A DNA stretch of 64,000 bases from Escherichia coli (GTDB lineage Bacteria; Pseudomonadota; Gammaproteobacteria; Enterobacterales; Enterobacteriaceae). The notes beneath the pieces were generated by a model, which saw only the letters and a program-made list of their open reading frames with translations, was not told where the DNA came from and did not search any database. Below are positions 56,011 through 64,000 of this stretch, in pieces. Every line of letters begins with the position of its first letter. Positions within the stretch are counted from its first letter, which is position 1. The position numbers and the translations under genes were made by a program. Where the stretch lies: NCBI RefSeq assembly GCF_030013205.1, contig NZ_CP122648.1; one strand, given 5' to 3'.

Positions 56011-56421
56011 GACTCCTCCTGATTATTAGCTCTTTTCAGGACATTTGGTATTTGGCTGAATACGCGTTTCGTTATACGTCGTGGTAATAACAACGGCTAA
56101 ACCTGTCGTAAACTGGCACTCTTTACCCACCTGGGTGGAGGTATACACTTTGGTGCCTTCCTTATACGTTAGAGAAACACCTTCCACTAAGGTTTTATCA
56201 TTCACCATAGAACCCGCTGCCGCGCCAACAGCTCCGCCGCCAACTGCACCTGCCGTCGTTCCGGAATTGCTGCCAGACCCGACGTTGTGGCCAATAACAC
56301 CGCCAGCGACTGCACCAATAAGCGCGCCGAAGGCTTGTGCGTTTCGTTTATTTTGGGAGTTGTCTAGGTGATGCTGCCAACTTACTGATTTAGTGTATGA
56401 TGGTGTTTTTGAGGTGCTCCA

Positions 56422-56697
56422 GTGGCTTCTGTTTCTATCAGCTGTCCCTCCTGTTCAGCTACTGACGGGGTGGTGCGTAACGGCAAAAGCACCGCCGGAC
56501 ATCAGCGCTATCTCTGCTCTCACTGCCGTAAAACATGGCAACTACAGTTCACTTACGCCGCCTCTCAGCCCGGTACGCACCAGAAAATCATTGATATGGC
56601 CATGAATGGCGTCGGATGTCGCGCCAGTGCACGCATTATTGGCGTTGGCCTCAACACGATTTTCCGCCACTTAAAAAACTCAGGCCGCAGTCGGTAA
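56422..56697 (+). CDS. insA: IS1 InsA
   Basis: 91 aa, [40 protein letters not shown]... Confidence 0.95.
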   Translation: MASVSISCPSCSATDGVVRNGKSTAGHQRYLCSHCRKTWQLQFTYAASQPGTHQKIIDMAMNGVGCRASARIIGVGLNTIFRHLKNSGRSR

Positions 56698-57119
56698 CCT
56701 CGCGCATACAACCGGGCAGTGATGTGATTGTCTGCGCTGAAATGGACGAACAGTGGGGCTACGTCGGTGCTAAATCACGTCAGCGCTGGCTGTTTTACGC
56801 GTATGACAGGATGCGGAGGACGGTTGTGGCGCACGTCTTCGGTGAACGCACTCTGGCCACACTGGAGCGTCTTCTGAGCCTGCTGTCGGCCTTTGAGGTC
56901 GTGGTATGGATGACGGATGGCTGGCCGCTGTATGAATCACGCCTGAAGGGAAAGCTGCACGTTATCAGCAAGCGTTATACTCAGCGCATTGAGCGGCATA
57001 ACCTGAATCTGAGACAACATCTGGCAAGGCTGGGACGGAAGTCACTGTCGTTCTCAAAATCGGTGGAGCTGCATGACAAGGTCATCGGGCATTATCTGAA
57101 CATAAAACACTATCAGTAA
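56616..57119 (+). CDS. insB: IS1 InsB' frame (expressed as the InsAB' transposase by -1 frameshift)
   Basis: ORF overlapping the insA 3' end. The slippery TTAAAAAAC run is at 56671-56679. ...[21 protein letters not shown]... Confidence 0.9.
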   Translation: MSRQCTHYWRWPQHDFPPLKKLRPQSVTSRIQPGSDVIVCAEMDEQWGYVGAKSRQRWLFYAYDRMRRTVVAHVFGERTLATLERLLSLLSAFEVVVWMTDGWPLYESRLKGKLHVISKRYTQRIERHNLNLRQHLARLGRKSLSFSKSVELHDKVIGHYLNIKHYQ

Positions 57120-57630
57120 GTTGGAGTCATTACCGTTGTCTACGGCAACTTTTGCGGGAAGAATGGAAATAATATTAACGGTTTTAGTTTCTTGTTTGGT
57201 ATTCAGTTGATCGGTTTGATAAACATCGGCGGCATGATCATCAGCATTTGACTGGCATCCTGCCAGAGTGAATGACGCTAACATTACCACAGGCAGAAGA
57301 CATTTTTTAAATTTCATCACTATTCCTTGTTATACACATTACGAAAAATAAGACATTTAAGATCATCAAAAGAGGAAAGTAAATGTATTGCGTATTAAGG
57401 AATAGATTAAATTTATTAAAATTCATGTGGAAAATAATTTATAAAAATACATCATTAAAACATATGTATTAATTTTATATTTATTTCGCAGCCAAACAGG
57501 ATAAACATCAGTCAGGACAAAGACGTAAAATTTAAGATGAAAGAATATCTGCCGCTTTGATAATCCCAAAGAGCAAAAGCATCCGACAGCGAGGTGCCGT
57601 TATGTTCTGTGAAAGTGGAGAAGGTAACCG

Positions 57631-57822
57631 CTAACGTTGTACCGGTGATTCGACGGAGAGTGTGGATTGCTGAGCTTCTTTTTTGCTCTGATGGTGCTGC
57701 CATGCACCGACGGACGAGTAGATAAAACGGCCAAAGAAGAAGATAAAGCTGATGAGCAGTACGATACGGGTCATGCGACTGTTAAATCGGTGTCGTTTTC
57801 GCATACTGGTTGCCTGACTCAC
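57631..57822 (-). CDS. yfgG: small membrane protein YfgG
   Basis: 63 aa, MSQATSMRKRHRFNSRMTRIVLLISFIFFFGRFIYSSVGAW... K-12 synteny between yfgH and yfgF. Confidence 0.8.
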   Translation of the reverse strand: MSQATSMRKRHRFNSRMTRIVLLISFIFFFGRFIYSSVGAWQHHQSKKEAQQSTLSVESPVQR

Positions 57823-58173
57823 AAAAGGTTCCTTGAAGTATGTCCCACGCTGTGGACGGTACTTACATTAAGGCACAACAGGACAAAATGGTCAATTCTT
57901 CGTTATGTAAAAAAGCGTCAGTGGATACATATTTTAATGTTATGGAAGTTAATTTAATTATTTACAATGATGATGTAATAATGATGAATTAACATGATAA
58001 ACGTAATAATTCATTAATCAGGGTTATTTTGTTTGATATATATCAATTGGAACTTTCATATGACACTTAGAATCAATGCTCTCTATAGTGATGAATAATC
58101 ATCATTCGAAGTCAGGTGGGATGCCTGTCTGAATACACCTCCTTCAGGATGTGGGGGATTCTGCTGAGCATCT

Positions 58174-60416
58174 ATGAAACTGAATGCAACTTATATAAAA
58201 ATACGTGATAAATGGTGGGGCTTCCGCTGTTCCTGCCTTCTTTAATCTTGCCCATTTTCGCCCACATTAATACTTTCGCGCATATTTCTTCCGGTGAGGT
58301 TTTTCTCTTTTATCTGCCTCTGGCTCTGATGATCAGCATGATGATGTTTTTCAGCTGGGCGGCATTGCCAGGGATCGCCTTAGGGATTTTTGTCCGCAAA
58401 TATGCAGAGCTGGGTTTTTACGAAACGCTCTCATTAACGGCTAATTTTATTATCATTATCATTCTCTGTTGGGGCGGTTACAGGGTCTTTACTCCCCGGC
58501 GTAACAACGTTTCACATGGTGATACCCGTTTAATTTCCCAGCGTATATTCTGGCAGATTGTGTTTCCTGCAACGCTGTTTCTGATACTTTTCCAGTTTGC
58601 TGCGTTTGTAGGATTACTGGCGAGCAGAGAAAATCTGGTCGGCGTCATGCCTTTTAACCTCGGGACCTTAATCAATTATCAGGCCTTACTGGTGGGCAAT
58701 CTGATTGGTGTCCCGCTGTGCTACTTCATCATTCGTGCAGTGCGAAATCCGTTTTATTTACGTAGTTATTATTCGCAATTAAAACAGCAGGTTGATGTAA
58801 AAGTCACCAAAAAAGAGTTCGCACTCTGGCTACTGGCATTAGGTGCTTTACTGCTGCTGTTATGCATGCCGTTAAATGAAAAAAGCACAATTTTTAGCAC
58901 CAACTATACCTTGTCATTATTGCTGCCCCTGATGATGTGGGGAGCGATGCGCTATGGTTATAAGCTAATTTCGCTGCTCTGGGCGGTCGTGTTGATGATC
59001 AGCATCCACAGCTATCAAAATTACATTCCCATTTATCCTGGCTATACCACGCAGCTGACCATAACCTCCTCCAGTTATCTGGTATTCTCTTTTATTGTCA
59101 ATTATATGGCTGTACTGGCAACCCGTCAGAGAGCGGTAGCCAGACGCATTCAGCGGCTTGCGTATGTGGACCCGGTGGTTCATCTGCCAAATGTTCGCGC
59201 CCTGAATCGCGCGTTGCGTGATGCCCCCTGGTCTGCGCTTTGTTATTTACGCATCCCTGGCATGGAAATGCTGGTTAAGAACTATGGCATCATGCTGCGG
59301 ATTTAATACAAGCAAAAACTTTCTCACTGGCTGTCACCCTTGCTGGAACCGGGTGAGGATGTTTATCAGCTTTCGGGTAACGATCTCGCGCTGCGACTGA
59401 ATACAGAATCGCACCAGGAGCGCATTACCGCACTGGATAGCCATCTCAAGCAATTTCGTTTCTTTTGGGATGGAATGCCGATGCAACCGCAGATTGGCGT
59501 CAGTTACTGCTATGTGCGCTCGCCAGTGAATCATATCTACCTGCTGCTGGGAGAGCTAAATACGGTCGCCGAGCTTTCCATCGTGACCAACGCCCCTGAA
59601 AATATGCAGCGTCGCGGGGCAATGTATTTGCAACGCGAATTGAAAGATAAAGTCGCGATGATGAATCGGCTACAGCAGGCGCTGGAACACAACCATTTTT
59701 TCCTGATGGCCCAGCCGATTACCGGTATGCGTGGCGATGTCTACCATGAAATTCTTCTGCGTATGAAAGGTGAGAATGATGAACTGATCAGCCCCGACAG
59801 CTTCTTGCCGGTCGCGCACGAATTTGGTTTATCGTCGAGTATCGACATGTGGGTCATTGAACATACGCTGCAATTTATGGCTGAAAACAGAGCGAAGATG
59901 CCCGCTCACCGTTTTGCCATTAATCTGTCGCCAACCTCGGTATGTCAGGCTCGTTTTCCCGTTGAAGTCAGTCAGCTGCTGGCTAAATATCAGATTGAAG
60001 CGTGGCAACTTATTTTTGAAGTCACCGAAAGTAATGCTCTGACCAATGTTAAGCAGGCGCAAATCACCTTGCAGCATCTTCAGGAATTAGGCTGCCAGAT
60101 TGCGATTGATGATTTCGGCACCGGCTACGCCAGCTATGCGCGGCTTAAAAATGTGAATGCCGATCTGCTTAAAATTGACGGCAGTTTTATCCGCAATATT
60201 GTGTCAAATAGTCTGGATTATCAGATAGTGGCGTCGATTTGCCACCTGGCGCGAATGAAGAAAATGCGGGTAGTGGCAGAGTACGTTGAAAACGAAGAGA
60301 TCCGCGAGGCGGTGCTCTCTTTGGGGATCGATTATATGCAGGGTTATCTTATTGGTAAGCCGCAACCGTTAATTGATACGCTGAATGAAATCGAACCCAT
60401 TCGCGAAAGTGCCTGA
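58174..60416 (+). pseudogene. pdeF: c-di-GMP phosphodiesterase PdeF (YfgF; MASE1, degenerate GGDEF, EAL) with an in-frame TAA and a probable N-terminal frameshift
   Basis: ORFs 58212..59306 and 59340..60416 share one frame, separated by TAA at 59304-59306 (...GIMLRI*YKQKLSHW...). MASE1 TM helices are followed by the EAL motifs (FEVTE, DDFGTGYAS). ATG 58174 is out of frame by one nt with the long ORF across a G4 run (58217-58220). Confidence 0.8.
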
Positions 60417-60420
60417 ATAA

Positions 60421-60447
60421 TGCGGGCCGACATTTCTTGTCGGCCCG
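60421..60447. terminator. hairpin between convergent pdeF and ppx
   Basis: GCGGGCCGACA-TTTCT-TGTCGGCCCGC. There are no strong U-tracts. Confidence 0.5.
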
Positions 60448-60454
60448 CAAAGCA

Positions 60455-64000
<3,546 letters not shown>

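Larger units (their letters stand above)
56367..57134 (+). mobile_element. IS1 insertion sequence (768 bp)
   Basis: Terminal inverted repeats GGTGATGCTGCCAACTTACTGAT and (reverse complement) GGTAATGACTCCAACTTACTGAT. Contains insA and insB'. The 8-bp target duplication GTTGTCTA is at 56359-56366 and 57135-57142. Confidence 0.97.
56026..57320 (-). pseudogene. yfgH: yfgH (glycine-zipper outer-membrane lipoprotein) disrupted by IS1
   Basis: The N-terminal part is 57320..57135 (MMKFKKCLLPVVMLASFTLAGC...AKVAVDN). The remainder is 56366..56026 (hand-translated VDNSQNKRNAQAFGALIGAVAGGVIGHNVG...MVNDKTLVEG...CPEKS). The two parts are contiguous once IS1 and one copy of the target duplication are removed. 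Confidence 0.9.

Noticed and set aside
56081-56371. 96-aa Pro/Ala/Thr-rich ORF on the plus strand.
   Set aside because: It is the antisense translation of the Gly/Ala-rich zipper region of yfgH and ends at the IS1 boundary.

Overview
The window reads as Escherichia coli chromosome, the K-12-syntenic pbpC-ndk-rlmN-rodZ-ispG-hisS-yfgM-bamB-der-yfgJ ... xseA-guaBA ... yfgI-yfgH-yfgG-pdeF-ppx-ppk segment. All calls come from reading the ORF translations and DNA by eye, with no searches run. Four things interrupt the backbone. (1) An AT-rich-bordered island sits between yfgJ and xseA (10.1-21.5 kb). It encodes an intimin-like inverse autotransporter (SinH-like), a SinI-like protein and a 2680-aa RatA-like protein built from nine ~0.8-kb tandem modules, matching the Salmonella CS54-type island. 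(2) A ~29-kb prophage (26217-55378) is inserted into the last codons of guaA and bounded by a 17-bp direct repeat. It has a P4-type integrase, a RecET-like recombination module, an MT-A70 methylase, a dual-HTH repressor with a Cro-like switch, lambda O/P-like replication genes with in-gene iterons, three large internal virion proteins, an epsilon15-like tailspike and a GH19 lysis cassette. It has no terminase or portal gene and only remnants of head genes, so it looks defective. (3) An IS1 with an 8-bp target duplication splits yfgH. (4) pdeF (yfgF) carries an in-frame TAA and probably also a 1-bp deletion near its start. The most interesting signals are in the prophage. A 15-bp palindrome, TTACC-N5-GGTAA, occurs 14 times, always in intergenic regions, and marks nearly every transcription unit. 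A near-consensus LexA box precedes an 85-aa gene that is a stand-alone paralog of the C-terminal domain of a BRO-N protein, which suggests an SOS-controlled antirepressor circuit acting on a repressor with no visible autocleavage domain. An AT-rich accessory island of uncharacterised genes (46.3-50.4 kb) lies between the ejection-protein genes and the tailspike gene. It includes a translationally coupled 69-aa plus 288-aa membrane-protein operon, a membrane-anchored double zinc-ribbon protein and a structured leader.
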